In this document: piece by piece, positions 46,359-57,126 of the stretch
Numbering within the stretch: the stretch's first letter is position 1
Layout of the letters: each line of letters starts with the position of its first letter
Origin: Silicimonas sp.
GTDB taxonomy: Bacteria; Pseudomonadota; Alphaproteobacteria; Rhodobacterales; Rhodobacteraceae
Length of the DNA stretch: 64,000 bases
NCBI GenBank assembly: GCA_040220415.1
Contig: JAVJUV010000119.1
Location: 40,485 to 104,484, forward strand
Reading direction: 5' to 3'
Notes under the pieces: generated by a model
What the model saw: the letters and a program-made list of their open reading frames with translations, nothing else
What the model was told of the DNA's origin: nothing
Databases searched by the model: none
Made by a program: the position numbers and the translations under genes

Positions 46359-46885
46359 CTGACATGATCCCCGTCTGGATCGATGGCGTCCTGACGCCGG
46401 TCGAGAAACTGGAGGCCCACAGGAAGGGTCTGCGGCACAAGGCGGTGAGCGTCTTCGTCATGGATGGGTCGAAGACCCTTATCCAGAAAAGGGCAGCGTC
46501 GAAGTATCACTCACCCGGTCTTTGGGCGAACACATGCTGCACGCATCCGCTCTGGGGAGAGGATTCGGCGACTTGCGCCATGAGACGCCTGAAAGAAGAG
46601 CTGGGAATTTCCGGGCTCTCTGTCACACAGCGCGACACGGTCGAGTATCGCGCCGAAGTGGGTGCCGGTCTGATCGAACACGAGTTGGTCGATATCTTCG
46701 TTGCCGACAAGACGCCGGACATGAGTATCACGCCGAGCCCGGCCGAAGTAGAAGCGCTCGAGTGGGTGGACATTTATGAACTCGCCGCACTTACGCAGCG
46801 AAGACCGGATCGGTACTCGGCGTGGCTCAAAATCTATCTTGCCGAACACATGGACCGCATTTTTGCGGGTCTCGCGAGAGCGTAG
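46355..46885 (+). CDS. idi: Isopentenyl-diphosphate isomerase type 1
   Basis: EKLEAH, HKAVSVF, WANTCCTHP, RRLKEELG, EHE. Confidence 0.95.
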   Translation: MTDMIPVWIDGVLTPVEKLEAHRKGLRHKAVSVFVMDGSKTLIQKRAASKYHSPGLWANTCCTHPLWGEDSATCAMRRLKEELGISGLSVTQRDTVEYRAEVGAGLIEHELVDIFVADKTPDMSITPSPAEVEALEWVDIYELAALTQRRPDRYSAWLKIYLAEHMDRIFAGLARA

Positions 46886-46957
46886 GACGCTCACCTGAAC
46901 CAGTCCGGCGAGTTTGCCTTTCGTCAGGCATCCTCAAGAAGTTCACATCCGGCCCGC

Positions 46958-48871
46958 TCAGGCACGTATCTGCACGAAATCGCCCTGAATCGCACCCATG
47001 GCTTCCAGCGACGTCGCGACAATATCTTTAGCCGTCAGACCGGCATCGGCATACATGTCCGCCGGCGACGCCTGATCGATAAAGCGGTCGGGAAGCGTCA
47101 TCGTCCGAATGCGCAGGCCTCGATCCAGGGCTCCCCTGCTGGCGAGATGGTGCAGGACATGCGCGCCAAATCCACCACGGGCCCCCTGCTCGACCGTGAT
47201 CAGCGCGGCGTGATTCCTGGCAAGTTGTTCGATCAGCTTCGTGTCCAGCGGCTTGGCGAAACGGGCGTCGGCAACCGTGACGGAGATGCCCCGTGTCCGA
47301 AGCTCTTCCGCGGCAGCACGACATTCGGACAAATGCGCGCCGAAGGAAAGTAGCGCGACGGTCTCGCCCTCCTCCACGATACGGCCTTTCCCGATTTCCA
47401 GCGTTTCGCGGCCCTCGGGCATTTCGACTCCAACCCCCTCGCCCCGGGGATAACGGAACGCAATCGGACCCTCGTCATAATCCGTGGCAGTGCAAACCAT
47501 GCGGACGAGTTCGGCCTCGTCCGCGGCCGCCATGACGACGAAATTCGGCAAGTTGGCCAGATAGGCGACATCGAAGGCGCCGGCATGGGTGGCGCCATCG
47601 GCACCGACCAGTCCTGCACGATCGATTGCGAAACGCACCGGCAGCTTCTGAAGCGCCACATCGTGCACGACCTGATCGTATCCCCTCTGAAGAAATGTCG
47701 AGTAGATCGCGCAGAATGGCTTCAGCCCGCCGGCGGCCATACCGGCGGCGAACGTGACACCGTGCTGCTCGGCAATGCCCACGTCGAAAACCCGCGCGGG
47801 AAACCGGTCGGCCATGATGTTCAGACCGGTCCCGGATGGCATCGCAGCCGTGACCGCAACAACCGAACAGTCGCGTGCCGCCTCTTGAGTCAGCGTCTGG
47901 CCGAATACTTTGGTGTAAGCGGGCGCATTGCTCGTGCCCTTTTTCTGCTCGCCGCTGACGACATCGAACTTCGCGACACCATGATACTTGTCGGCAGAGT
48001 TCTCGGCCGGGGCGTAGCCCTTGCCCTTCACCGTGCAGCAATGGATCAGGATCGGCCCATCGGCGCGGGTGCGCGTTGCGCGAAGGACAGACAGCAGTTG
48101 CGACATGTCGTGGCCGTCGATCGGGCCGATATAGGTAAAGCCCAACTCTTCGAACAGCGTCCCCTGACCTCCGGGCAGACCGGTGACAAGTTGGCGTGCG
48201 CGTCTTGCTCCATCGCGGAACGGACCCGGCAGGGCGGCCTCGAACCCTTCGGCCATCTTGTGCAGCGGAGTATTGGCGTAAAGTCCGGACAGATATGCCG
48301 ACATCGCGCCGACAGGCGGCGCAATGGACATCTCGTTGTCATTCAGGATCACGAAAAGCCTCCGTTTCTCGTGTCCCGCATTGTTCAACGCTTCATAGGC
48401 CATCCCCGCGCTGACCGCGCCATCGCCGATGACGGCGATGGCATCGCCTGTCGACTGGCCCATGTCGCGCGCTGTCGCAAACCCAAGCGCTGCCGAAATG
48501 GACGTAGACGAGTGAGCAGCGCCAAATGGGTCGAACTCGCTTTCGGAACGCTTCGTGAAACCCGAAAGCCCGCCTTTCTGGCGCAACGTCCGGATACGAT
48601 CACGGCGGCCGGTCAGAACCTTGTGCGGATAGCACTGGTGGCCAACGTCCCAGACCAGCTTGTCATGAGGCGTGTTGAACACGGCATGAATGGCGACGGC
48701 CAACTCCACCACTCCCAGGGATGAACCCAAGTGTCCGCCCGTCTCGGAAACCGCGGAAATGACTTCCGCACGAACTTCGACGGCCAGCTTTTCCAGGTCG
48801 GTGTCGGACAGGGCCTTGAGGTCGGCTGGTCCGGCAACGCGATCGAGAAGAGGTGTGTTCGGGCGGCTCAT
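46958..48871 (-). CDS. dxs: 1-deoxy-D-xylulose-5-phosphate synthase
   Basis: [24 protein letters not shown]...LNDN TPP motif, IAEQH, DRAG. Confidence 0.97.
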   Translation of the reverse strand: MSRPNTPLLDRVAGPADLKALSDTDLEKLAVEVRAEVISAVSETGGHLGSSLGVVELAVAIHAVFNTPHDKLVWDVGHQCYPHKVLTGRRDRIRTLRQKGGLSGFTKRSESEFDPFGAAHSSTSISAALGFATARDMGQSTGDAIAVIGDGAVSAGMAYEALNNAGHEKRRLFVILNDNEMSIAPPVGAMSAYLSGLYANTPLHKMAEGFEAALPGPFRDGARRARQLVTGLPGGQGTLFEELGFTYIGPIDGHDMSQLLSVLRATRTRADGPILIHCCTVKGKGYAPAENSADKYHGVAKFDVVSGEQKKGTSNAPAYTKVFGQTLTQEAARDCSVVAVTAAMPSGTGLNIMADRFPARVFDVGIAEQHGVTFAAGMAAGGLKPFCAIYSTFLQRGYDQVVHDVALQKLPVRFAIDRAGLVGADGATHAGAFDVAYLANLPNFVVMAAADEAELVRMVCTATDYDEGPIAFRYPRGEGVGVEMPEGRETLEIGKGRIVEEGETVALLSFGAHLSECRAAAEELRTRGISVTVADARFAKPLDTKLIEQLARNHAALITVEQGARGGFGAHVLHHLASRGALDRGLRIRTMTLPDRFIDQASPADMYADAGLTAKDIVATSLEAMGAIQGDFVQIRA

Positions 48872-48896
48872 GGCGTAACCTCGCAGTTCATGCTAT

Positions 48897-48934
48897 AAAA
48901 AAGGCGTCGCGAGGGTGTTGGCCCAGGCGACGCC
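48897..48934 (-). terminator. Intrinsic terminator at end of puf operon
   Basis: GGCGTCGC/GCGACGCC 8-bp stem followed by T6 on the minus strand. Confidence 0.7.
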
Positions 48935-49043
48935 AGTTCCCTGTAGCCAACAGGAAGGGAACCGGGGTGTGGAGGCCCCGAATATCGGGCGCGGCTAAAC
49001 ACCCGAAGTCGTGGAGAAGGCGGCGCAGATGCACCGCCTTTTC

Positions 49044-49262
49044 CTATGTCAGCGCCGTTGTGATTGCCGCCCCGGTCTCCAGCGCCGCGAACGGATCTTC
49101 GGGCAGGAGGTTCGAGATGGCAATCAGGGCGAAGATGAACAGGACCACTCCGAAGAAGACGAGCATGGCATAGATCGCCCCCATCGCCATCTGAGAGAAA
49201 ATCCACATCCGAAGCGACGGCTTGCTGTCGTCCAGATACCAGTGAGGATCTTTGTCAGCCAT
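49044..49262 (-). CDS. pufX: RC-LH1 core complex polypeptide PufX
   Basis: 72 aa directly after pufM; MADK start, LRMWIFSQMAMGA, single TM helix ending LLPE, as in Rhodobacter PufX. Confidence 0.85.
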   Translation of the reverse strand: MADKDPHWYLDDSKPSLRMWIFSQMAMGAIYAMLVFFGVVLFIFALIAISNLLPEDPFAALETGAAITTALT

Positions 49263-49268
49263 ATCGCT

Positions 49269-50249
49269 TTACTCCTGTGGCGGTAGGTACGGTGTGAAGT
49301 CTTCGCTGGTCAGCGCCGGCACATAGTTTGCCTCGGCGCCATAGCCATGCTCCTGTGCCCAGACGAACCAGTTGTCGACAACCGTGCCTGTCAGCAGGAT
49401 GCCGATGCCGCCCGTCAGGGTGCAGAGAACGGCGAACCACCAGGCCCAACGGTGAATGCCTTCCATTGTGGCGTTGAACCCCATGGTCCAGCGCCAGAAC
49501 AGACCGGCCCGCTCGGATGCCGTGCCGCGGTCATAAATCTGCTCCAGTTCGCGGTCGCCGCCCAGACGCGAGACCGCGAGGATGGTCGCCCCGTGCATCG
49601 CGAACAGCAGGGTCGAACCATAGAGGAACACGATCGAGAGAGCGTGGAACGGGTTGTAGAACAGATTCCCGTAGGTCAGCGAAAACAGGTTCGTCCAGTC
49701 CAGATGCGGGAAAATGCCGTAGGGCACCGCCTCGGACCAGGATCCCATGAGAATCGGGCGGATGAGGCCCAGCACGAGGAACAGCCAGATCGCCGAGGCG
49801 AAAGCCCAGCAAACATGCTTGCCCATCCCCAACTGGTCAGCCAGGACATAGGACCTGATCCACCAGCTGATGACACTTATAAGCAGGAAGAACGACGAAA
49901 TCAGCCACAGGCCGCCTTCCCAGAGCGGCGCAAAGCCAAGTCCGTATTCCGGCGCGGGCGGCTCAAGCGCCATGTAGAACAGGTCGCGGAAAAAGACCCC
50001 GGGGCTGAAGCCGGCCTGAACCCAGAAGCTGATGCCGACCATGAAGAACCACAGACTGCCCGACAGCAGGGACAGGACGCCCCAAGGTCCGAGATAGACA
50101 GGACCCAACTGCGCATTGCCCAACCAGCCCAAAAGCGGACTGAAGCTCGTGCCATTGGTGCGGTCGCCCAGGTCCACGTCCTCGACCATGCCCATTTCGG
50201 CCGGGCCCTGGACCTGAACCTGACTGAAGATATTGAAGTACTCAGCCAT
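49269..50249 (-). CDS. pufM: Reaction centre M subunit
   Basis: [44 protein letters not shown]. Confidence 0.98.
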   Translation of the reverse strand: MAEYFNIFSQVQVQGPAEMGMVEDVDLGDRTNGTSFSPLLGWLGNAQLGPVYLGPWGVLSLLSGSLWFFMVGISFWVQAGFSPGVFFRDLFYMALEPPAPEYGLGFAPLWEGGLWLISSFFLLISVISWWIRSYVLADQLGMGKHVCWAFASAIWLFLVLGLIRPILMGSWSEAVPYGIFPHLDWTNLFSLTYGNLFYNPFHALSIVFLYGSTLLFAMHGATILAVSRLGGDRELEQIYDRGTASERAGLFWRWTMGFNATMEGIHRWAWWFAVLCTLTGGIGILLTGTVVDNWFVWAQEHGYGAEANYVPALTSEDFTPYLPPQE

Positions 50250-51090
50250 TGACGCCTCCCGGAAGATCAGCCCACCAGGGCAGTTGAATGTACCAATCCC
50301 ACCACACGATCCACTGGTCGAACCAGATCGTGCCCGAGATCACGATGCAGACCGCGCTCCAGAAACCCGCGTTCAGGGCCAGAAGCAAACCCAGCCGGTG
50401 AATCCCGAGGGGTCCGATCGAGTAGCCGATGAAGTCGCGGAAGAACGTGTCTTCGTGCTCGGGCAAACGGGCCGAATGGCCCTTGGCCGGGTTCGCCGCT
50501 GACAGGATCAGCGATCCGTGCAGGGCCAGCGCGAGTGTTGTCGTGAAGAACAACGATACAGCCAGCATGTGTGCCGGGTTGTAGTGGAAGTTCCCGTAAA
50601 GGTAGCCCGTGTAGCTTACCCAATCGAGATGGGACCAGATACCGTAGGGGAATGCGTGTCCCCACGCGCCCATGAGAACGGGACGGATCACGACAAGTGT
50701 CGTATAGGCGAAGATTGCGACGCCGAAAGCGATCGGAATGTGAAATCCGATCCCCAGCTTGCGGCAAATCTCGACTTCGCGCAGCGCCCAGCTGATGAAG
50801 GCTCCGTGCGCACAGATCGTGATGATCTGCCAAAGGCCGCCTTCGGCCAGCGGTGCGGCGCCAAGCCCGTAGCTGATAGGCGGCGGGTTGACCGAAATCA
50901 GCCAGGGATTCCACGTGCCCTGAAGAGCCGCGGAATAGAAAACCAGGATGGTGCCCAATGCGGCGAAGAAAACCGTCGTGACACCGAAAAAGCCAACGAA
51001 GAAAGGTCCGACCCAGAAATCGAACATCTCGCCGCCGACAAGCGTGCCGCCGGGCACGCGATACTTCCGTTCGAAACTGAGCAAAGCCAT
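50242..51090 (-). CDS. pufL: Reaction centre L subunit
   Basis: [45 protein letters not shown]. Confidence 0.98.
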   Translation of the reverse strand: MALLSFERKYRVPGGTLVGGEMFDFWVGPFFVGFFGVTTVFFAALGTILVFYSAALQGTWNPWLISVNPPPISYGLGAAPLAEGGLWQIITICAHGAFISWALREVEICRKLGIGFHIPIAFGVAIFAYTTLVVIRPVLMGAWGHAFPYGIWSHLDWVSYTGYLYGNFHYNPAHMLAVSLFFTTTLALALHGSLILSAANPAKGHSARLPEHEDTFFRDFIGYSIGPLGIHRLGLLLALNAGFWSAVCIVISGTIWFDQWIVWWDWYIQLPWWADLPGGVNG

Positions 51091-51115
51091 TTTGCTTCTC
51101 CGTATTCTCTGGATT

Positions 51116-51142
51116 GTCGCGGGCGACCGCGCCGCCCGCGAC
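51116..51142 (-). other. pufA-pufL intercistronic stem-loop (stabilises pufBA mRNA)
   Basis: GTCGCGGGCG-N7-CGCCCGCGAC perfect 10-bp stem at the position known from Rhodobacter puf operons. Confidence 0.8.
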
Positions 51143-51158
51143 GTTTCTTAAACAACGA

Positions 51159-51326
51159 TCAGCCGTCAGAGGCTTCAGCCGCGAACGCGCGCTGAAACCA
51201 GTTGGTGTTCGGGTTGCTGAGCAGGACGAGGTGAATCATCGCTGCAAGCAGAAACAGGAAGACGCCCTGAGCCACGAAGACGCGACGGGGATCGAAGATC
51301 AGCCAGATCTTGTAGAACTTTGACAT
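51159..51326 (-). CDS. pufA: LH1 alpha subunit (55 aa; not in ORF track)
   Basis: Hand translation [55 protein letters not shown]; BChl His and Trp+11. Confidence 0.96.
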   Translation of the reverse strand: MSKFYKIWLIFDPRRVFVAQGVFLFLLAAMIHLVLLSNPNTNWFQRAFAAEASDG

Positions 51327-51338
51327 CTCTTCTCTTCC

Positions 51339-51497
51339 TTAGTTCCAGTTGAACCAGGGCAGCCAAATGTACGTGAGGATGTGAGCCACCAGCGCAATGC
51401 CGACAAAGACCCACAGACCGCTCATGTACACAGAATGGAGCTCCTGCGCCTGATCGTCAGTGAGACCTGTAAAAGACAGGTCGGTTCTATCAGCCAT
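51339..51497 (-). CDS. pufB: LH1 beta subunit (52 aa; not in ORF track)
   Basis: Hand translation [52 protein letters not shown]; SD GGAGG. Confidence 0.96.
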   Translation of the reverse strand: MADRTDLSFTGLTDDQAQELHSVYMSGLWVFVGIALVAHILTYIWLPWFNWN

Positions 51498-51610
51498 TAA
51501 ATCCTCCGGATCTCAGACTGACGCCGCGTCCCCCGCGGCCGGGTTCCGTTGGGGTTCACCCCCTCGGGTATCTGCCTGCCTTTTGGCCGGCAAATCTTGC
51601 AGACCGCTGT

Positions 51611-51841
51611 TCAGGCGGCAAAAATCATGGGCGTGATGATCCGGGCCTGGCTCCAGGCGCGGGCCATCGGACCCTTCTGTTTCAACGAACCGGAGCGAAC
51701 CACGCTCAAAGCCCAGGTCAGCGTCGCCAGCGGCAACGTGGCGAGGAAGATGATCGCGAAATAAACCGCGAACTCGGTGGTCGGCTTCTTTGCCAGCCGC
51801 GCCTCTGCGGACATCGGCAGGTCGATGGTGTGGTCGCTCAT
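51611..51841 (-). CDS. pufQ: PufQ regulatory protein
   Basis: [27 protein letters not shown]; ATGA-coupled to bchZ. Confidence 0.92.
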   Translation of the reverse strand: MSDHTIDLPMSAEARLAKKPTTEFAVYFAIIFLATLPLATLTWALSVVRSGSLKQKGPMARAWSQARIITPMIFAA

Positions 51842-53310
51842 GTGCGTCCTCCCTTGGTGATATTCAGTCCGCTCAGCCCCTCGACGGTTTCGCGAACGAC
51901 ACGCTCGGCGCCGGCCTCCAGGGCCGCTTTCTCTGCGGCATCGCGAAGAGTCTTGGCTGCGGAAATTCTGGTCAGAATCGGATGCTCGGCCACGATCCGG
52001 TCAAGTGCCGCCTGCGCATCCGCGTCCCACGGGAAATCGCGGCGCAATGTTGTCGGCGTGGCCTTTGCGCTGTCCATCTCCGAGCCCAGAGGCAGGATGT
52101 GAAACAACGCGTCGAAGAGACCGTTGCAGATCTCCTGAACAAGATAGGTCGCACCGGCATAGCCCATGAAAGGCGTGCCGGTGGCCCGACGGATCGCGGC
52201 ACCCGGGAAGCTGGCGGGCATGAAGGACGGACGCGGGCCATGACCCGCAACGCCCTCGGCCATATACATCTTTTCGTTGATCGAGCCCATCACGACCAAA
52301 GGCCGCTTTTGCTGGATCAGCGCGCGAACCTCGTCGTTGTTGGTCTTTTTGCCGGCGCAGCGCGCGACCGCGAAAGCGCAGGGAAGTCCCAGATCATCTT
52401 CCAGGAACAGTCGCACCCCGCGTGCGTAAGTCTCGTTGGCCACGATCCCGAAACTGGCCGTAGCAAAGAAATCCTGGGTAACCGAGCGCCAGAGATCCCA
52501 GACCGGCTTGATCGTCGAGTGCTTTTCACGCGCGATGAATGGCTCGGGATCGAGCTCCAGAAGATCGCCCAGCTTGCGCAGAAAAAGAGTCGTCGACTCG
52601 ATCCCGATGGGCGCCTGAAGATAGGGTTTTCCCAGAACCTCGCAAAGGCCACGTCCGAATTCACGGTACATGCAGATGTTCACGTCCGAGTTCACGAGGT
52701 TGCGCATCTCGGCCAGATGTGCGCCAAGCGGCATTACCATGTTTACTTCGGCGCCGATGCCCTCGACCAACCGGCGGATCTCGTGCAGATCGGACGGCAT
52801 GTTGAACGTGCCGTACATCGGACCAAGAATGTTGACCCTTGGCTTTGCGCCATCTTCCCGCTTCTTCTCGGGCGGCATGCGCCCCTTCGTCATGCCGAAT
52901 TCGGTGAAAATCCAGGTCATCGCCCGATCCGCGGCTTCCCACTGGTCCTCGTCGATTGTGCGGGGCAGAAAGCGTTGAATATTCGTGCCCATAGGTGTCA
53001 CGCCGCCGCCGATCATCTCGGCGATCGAGCCCGTCACGACGACCGCCGGAAGCGCCGGGTCAAGAACCCCCCAAGCCCGCTTCATCGCACCTTCGGTGCC
53101 GTCGCGTCCCAGTTCTTCCTCGCCCAGTCCCGTCACGACGATCGGCAGTTCATGAGGCGGAAGCGCATCGGTATAATGAAGAACCGAAGTAACAGGCAGG
53201 TTCTCACAACCCACCGGCCCATCGATGACGACCTGAAGTCCCTTTACCGCGGCAAAGGCGTAGACTGCACCCCAATAACCGCCCGCCCTGTCATGATCCT
53301 GGATCAGCAT
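51838..53310 (-). CDS. bchZ: Chlorophyllide a reductase subunit Z
   Basis: [30 protein letters not shown]. Confidence 0.96.
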   Translation of the reverse strand: MLIQDHDRAGGYWGAVYAFAAVKGLQVVIDGPVGCENLPVTSVLHYTDALPPHELPIVVTGLGEEELGRDGTEGAMKRAWGVLDPALPAVVVTGSIAEMIGGGVTPMGTNIQRFLPRTIDEDQWEAADRAMTWIFTEFGMTKGRMPPEKKREDGAKPRVNILGPMYGTFNMPSDLHEIRRLVEGIGAEVNMVMPLGAHLAEMRNLVNSDVNICMYREFGRGLCEVLGKPYLQAPIGIESTTLFLRKLGDLLELDPEPFIAREKHSTIKPVWDLWRSVTQDFFATASFGIVANETYARGVRLFLEDDLGLPCAFAVARCAGKKTNNDEVRALIQQKRPLVVMGSINEKMYMAEGVAGHGPRPSFMPASFPGAAIRRATGTPFMGYAGATYLVQEICNGLFDALFHILPLGSEMDSAKATPTTLRRDFPWDADAQAALDRIVAEHPILTRISAAKTLRDAAEKAALEAGAERVVRETVEGLSGLNITKGGRT

Positions 53311-53384
53311 GGCGACATCCCCAGGCAACGCACCGAAGACATGGGGCAGAAGAGTTGCTGCAAGGCTGCGGAAAGGCGGGTCAT
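53304..53384 (-). CDS. Putative 26-aa small ORF bridging bchY and bchZ
   Basis: ATGA overlap with bchY stop, GGAG upstream; its TGA overlaps bchZ start (ATGCTGA); [26 protein letters not shown]. Confidence 0.3.
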   Translation of the reverse strand: MTRLSAALQQLFCPMSSVRCLGMSPC

Positions 53385-54940
53385 ATCATTTGCTCCGCCG
53401 CGGCAGCCCGTGCCTGCTTGTCCAGTTTCTTCTGGTGCTGTGCGCGGAAATCCGGGCGCAGATTGGGATCTCCTTCCCAGACACCGGCCGTGTCCTCGGC
53501 TCCGACGCCCTCGAAGAAGGCCTTCATCCGGTCCATGCGGCCCTTGTTCGAAATCGCGGCATTGATCACTTCGGCCAGCGACCCCGCGCCTGCCGGACCC
53601 ATCATGGGACGCGCAGAGATGAGGTTGGTGAAATACAGTGACGGAATGCCCAATTCCTTGCCCTTCTGAACGACAGGTGTCGTGCCGATGGCAAGGTCCG
53701 GTTTGACCCCTTCCATGGCGGCAAGATCGTCTTCCAGAGAAGCGCGATACTTTACTTTGCAGCCATGCGCCTCAAGCCACTCGCGATCCCACGCTGATTG
53801 CGGCGTCTTCGGGCAGGCGGTGCCGACATAAGGCACGTCCGCGCCGGATTCGATCAGCAGGCGCGCAACCAGAAGTTCCGACCCCTCATAGCCGGAAAGC
53901 GTGACCGTGCCCTTGATCGGCGTCGCGGCAAGTGCCCCTCTGGTCGCGGCAACGAACATGTTCTGTGCCGCGGCAACCTTGTCGGCGGCAAGCCCGAAGG
54001 CATCGCCAATGCCGGCCAGCCAGTTCGCGACGCCATCGGCGCCCACCGGGGCAGACCCTACGATCGGACGGCCCGCAGCGGTGAACTCGCGCATGGCGGC
54101 GGTATAAAACGGGTGGATCGCGGCAACCGCGCCGCAGTCGAGCGCGGCATAGAGTTCACGCCATTCGCGGGCCGGAATGACCGGACCGGCCGCAAGTCCC
54201 AAAGGCTCAAGCATCTGACCGATGACCATCGGATCCGCCGGGAACATCTCACCCAGCATGGCGACGGTCGGTCGATCCGACTTGCCGCCTTCGGGTGCCT
54301 GGACAGGACCGGCCTCGGCTTCTTTTCGTGCGTAGTTCAGCATCGCCCCGGCCAGCACATCCTTTGCTTCGGCGTGCGTTGGGATGCCGAAGCCCGGCAC
54401 GTCTATGCCGACGATACGGACCCCGTTGATTTCATCGGGCAGAAGACGAAGGGGAACGCCGGAAGCGGTAGGCACGCAAAGGTTGGTGACGACGATGGCG
54501 TCGTAGCGGTCCGGATCAGCCATATCATGGACCGCCTCGCGGATATCCTCGAAGAGCTTGCCCGTGACCAGCGTTTCCGAATTGAACGGTACATAGCCCA
54601 CCGACCTGCGCGCACCGTAGAAATGCGAGACAAAGGTCAGGCCGTAGACGCAGCAGGCCGAACCCGACAAAACGGTAGCCACCCGACGCATCCGCAGACC
54701 GACGCGCAGCGAGCCGAAGGCCGGGCACATGGACTGCGGCTTGTCGTGGGGGCCTTGCGGATAGTCTGCCGCATACTGGTCAAGAATGTCGGACTTGCCC
54801 GCCAGGCGAGCGGCGGCCGCCATCTCGGCGGCGCCGGCGTGGCATCCCATGCCGTCGCCACCCGCCAGATCAGGTGCCCGGGATTGGCCTTGGATCACGT
54901 CGGCATCTGCCGCGCCGTCATATGTGACTTCGTCGGTCAA
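53381..54940 (-). CDS. bchY: Chlorophyllide a reductase subunit Y
   Basis: [34 protein letters not shown]; probable TTG start at 54940 with GGAGA 7 nt upstream. Confidence 0.93.
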   Translation of the reverse strand: MTDEVTYDGAADADVIQGQSRAPDLAGGDGMGCHAGAAEMAAAARLAGKSDILDQYAADYPQGPHDKPQSMCPAFGSLRVGLRMRRVATVLSGSACCVYGLTFVSHFYGARRSVGYVPFNSETLVTGKLFEDIREAVHDMADPDRYDAIVVTNLCVPTASGVPLRLLPDEINGVRIVGIDVPGFGIPTHAEAKDVLAGAMLNYARKEAEAGPVQAPEGGKSDRPTVAMLGEMFPADPMVIGQMLEPLGLAAGPVIPAREWRELYAALDCGAVAAIHPFYTAAMREFTAAGRPIVGSAPVGADGVANWLAGIGDAFGLAADKVAAAQNMFVAATRGALAATPIKGTVTLSGYEGSELLVARLLIESGADVPYVGTACPKTPQSAWDREWLEAHGCKVKYRASLEDDLAAMEGVKPDLAIGTTPVVQKGKELGIPSLYFTNLISARPMMGPAGAGSLAEVINAAISNKGRMDRMKAFFEGVGAEDTAGVWEGDPNLRPDFRAQHQKKLDKQARAAAAEQMI

Positions 54941-55089
54941 TGCAGGGTCTCCGTCATGTCCTTGCTGACGAGATGCGATGTGCGGATGTCCCAAAGCAGG
55001 TTCCGCAGGCGATCGGGGTCTGTCTTGGACAACATCTCGCGCACCTGCTGCAGCACTTCCTCGCGGGGCTTTTGCTCAGGCGTCGTCAT
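54937..55089 (-). CDS. Putative 50-aa small protein between bchX and bchY
   Basis: SD GGAGG(TGAT) before ATG 55089 in bchX tail; [50 protein letters not shown]; TGA overlaps bchY TTG (TTGA); mostly G/C-ending codons. Confidence 0.6.
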   Translation of the reverse strand: MTTPEQKPREEVLQQVREMLSKTDPDRLRNLLWDIRTSHLVSKDMTETLH

Positions 55090-56077
55090 AGATCACCTCC
55101 AGCGAGTCTTTCGGGGCCGCGTTCTTGCCGCGCATGTCCATGTCCGTGGCCGGTTCGAGAACGTAGTCGCCGCCGGTATCCTTGCTGTCGAAGAGGGCCA
55201 GCAATCCATCCTGGTCAAGCGGCGCGGGCCGGATCGGGGGGGCGGCCGCAACGGCATCGCCGAGACCGGCAAACAGCGCGCCCCATTCTGATTCCGCCGT
55301 GCCAACGATCTGGTAATTCGCCGACTTCTTGCGCAGGTCGTCGTTCTGCGGGATCGAGGCAAGGATCGGAATATCGACCGCCTCGGCGAAAGCCTGTGCC
55401 TCACCCGAGCCATCATCCTTGTTGATCACAAGGCCCGCGACGCCGACGTTGCCACCTAGCTTGCGGAAGTATTCGACCGCCGAGCAGACATTGTTGGCCA
55501 CGTAAAGCGACTGAAGATCATTCGACGCGACAAGGATGACTTTCTGCGCCATGTCGCGGGCGATCGGCAAGCCGAAGCCGCCGCAAACGACGTCGCCGAG
55601 GAAATCCAGAAGGACATAGTCGAAGTCCCAGTCGTGGAAGCCCAGCTTCTCCAGAAGTTCGAAACCATGGATGATGCCGCGTCCGCCGCAGCCCCTGCCG
55701 ACTTCGGGACCGCCAAGTTCCATTGCGAACACGCCGCCCCGCTTGAAGCAGACGTCGCCGATCTTGACCTCTTCGCCCGCAAGCTTCTTCTTGGTCGAGG
55801 TCTCGATGATGGTCGGGCAGGCCTTGCCGCCGAATAGAAGGCTTGTCGTGTCCGATTTCGGATCGCAGCCGATGAGCAGCACGCGCTTGCCTTGTTCGGC
55901 CATCATGTGGCTGAGATTGGCCAGCGTGAACGACTTGCCGATCCCGCCCTTGCCATAGATCGCGATGATCTGCGTTTTCTTCGTGGGTTCGGCAACCGGA
56001 ATTTCGTCAAGCTCCATTGCAGCTTCGTCGCGCAGGCGCTGGTCGAATTCCTTCAGGTTGGGGACTTCGTCCTTCAT
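55076..56077 (-). CDS. bchX: Chlorophyllide a reductase Fe protein
   Basis: [35 protein letters not shown]; ATGA-coupled to bchC. Confidence 0.97.
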   Translation of the reverse strand: MKDEVPNLKEFDQRLRDEAAMELDEIPVAEPTKKTQIIAIYGKGGIGKSFTLANLSHMMAEQGKRVLLIGCDPKSDTTSLLFGGKACPTIIETSTKKKLAGEEVKIGDVCFKRGGVFAMELGGPEVGRGCGGRGIIHGFELLEKLGFHDWDFDYVLLDFLGDVVCGGFGLPIARDMAQKVILVASNDLQSLYVANNVCSAVEYFRKLGGNVGVAGLVINKDDGSGEAQAFAEAVDIPILASIPQNDDLRKKSANYQIVGTAESEWGALFAGLGDAVAAAPPIRPAPLDQDGLLALFDSKDTGGDYVLEPATDMDMRGKNAAPKDSLEVIYDDA

Positions 56078-57015
56078 GCTTGGCCTTCCCATTCGAGGAT
56101 CATTTTGAGGCAGTCCGGATCACGAAATGCCGTCGGATACGCCAGGACCGCTTCCGCGGCCGGGCGTGTATGCGTGACAAGGCCGTCAAGCGAAAGCATC
56201 CCCGCTTCGACCAGTTCGCGGGTGGCGACCAGATCGTCGGCCGTCCACTCGGCTGCGATGCGGAAACGCGCCTCTTTCATGAAGGCCGGAGGGAACGCGA
56301 ACTTGACATCGTCGGCATAGAACCCGGCCAGAACGATTTCGCCGCCCTTGCAGATACGCCCCATAAGCATGTTCAGAACATCGGGCGCGCCGGATGCATC
56401 GTAGATCGTGCGGTAGTCACGGCGCGTATCGTCATCCGGATGCAAGACCTGATAGCCCTTGGCGCCGGTCTGGCGGTTCTCGTCGATCTCCCAGACCACC
56501 GGAGGTGGCGCGCCGGCTGCGATGGTGATGCGCGCAAGCAGGCGACCAAGCACGCCGTGCCCGACGATAAGCTCGGGCATGGCCTTGCCAAGCCCCGCCA
56601 TCGCGTGCCTTGCAGTCGCCGCCAGCGCCAGAAGCGCGCCCTCGGCGCCCAGGCCCTTGTCGATTCGTACGGCGCGCGACGCCGGCGTGACCAATCGGGC
56701 AGTTGCCGCGCCGAAAAGACCGCGCGCGCCTTCATAACAGTTCGCGCCAGGAACGAAGACCCGATCACCGGGAACCAGATTGGTCGAGCGACCCGCCTCG
56801 ACGACCTCGCCGGCGGCCTCGTAGCCCGGCACAAGAGGGTATCCCATGCCCGGAAACGGCGGCATGTTCCCCTGCCAGAAGAGTTTTTCCGTTCCCGTCG
56901 ATATGCCGGAATGCGTGATCTCGACGACGATATCTGCATCGGAAGGCTCGATAAGGCCAAGCTGACCAAGAGCTATATTCTCGGGCCCCGATAGTATGAC
57001 GGCCGTTGTATCCAC
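56074..57015 (-). CDS. bchC: 3-hydroxyethyl bacteriochlorophyllide a dehydrogenase
   Basis: [44 protein letters not shown]; GTG start 57015 (or 57021). Confidence 0.95.
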   Translation of the reverse strand: MDTTAVILSGPENIALGQLGLIEPSDADIVVEITHSGISTGTEKLFWQGNMPPFPGMGYPLVPGYEAAGEVVEAGRSTNLVPGDRVFVPGANCYEGARGLFGAATARLVTPASRAVRIDKGLGAEGALLALAATARHAMAGLGKAMPELIVGHGVLGRLLARITIAAGAPPPVVWEIDENRQTGAKGYQVLHPDDDTRRDYRTIYDASGAPDVLNMLMGRICKGGEIVLAGFYADDVKFAFPPAFMKEARFRIAAEWTADDLVATRELVEAGMLSLDGLVTHTRPAAEAVLAYPTAFRDPDCLKMILEWEGQA

Positions 57016-57074
57016 GTTCACTCCCCAGCCGCGGCCCGCCTGTCATGAGACTCGCTTCGCGGCATATCCGATAC

Positions 57075-57118
57075 TGTCAGTTTAAACTTACATAATTAAG
57101 TGTCAATTGTTTTAGACA
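57075..57118. promoter_or_regulatory. Tandem PpsR boxes at bchC promoter
   Basis: TGT-N12-ACA at 57075-57092 and 57101-57118, 8 bp apart. Confidence 0.9.
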
Positions 57119-57126
57119 TTAATTTG

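Noticed and set aside
48868-49206. 112-aa ORF overlapping pufX and the dxs start
   Set aside because: Out of frame with pufX, runs through the terminator and hairpins, no recognisable motifs
51175-51414. 79-aa ORF listed across the puf antenna region
   Set aside because: Alternative frame over the real pufB and pufA genes
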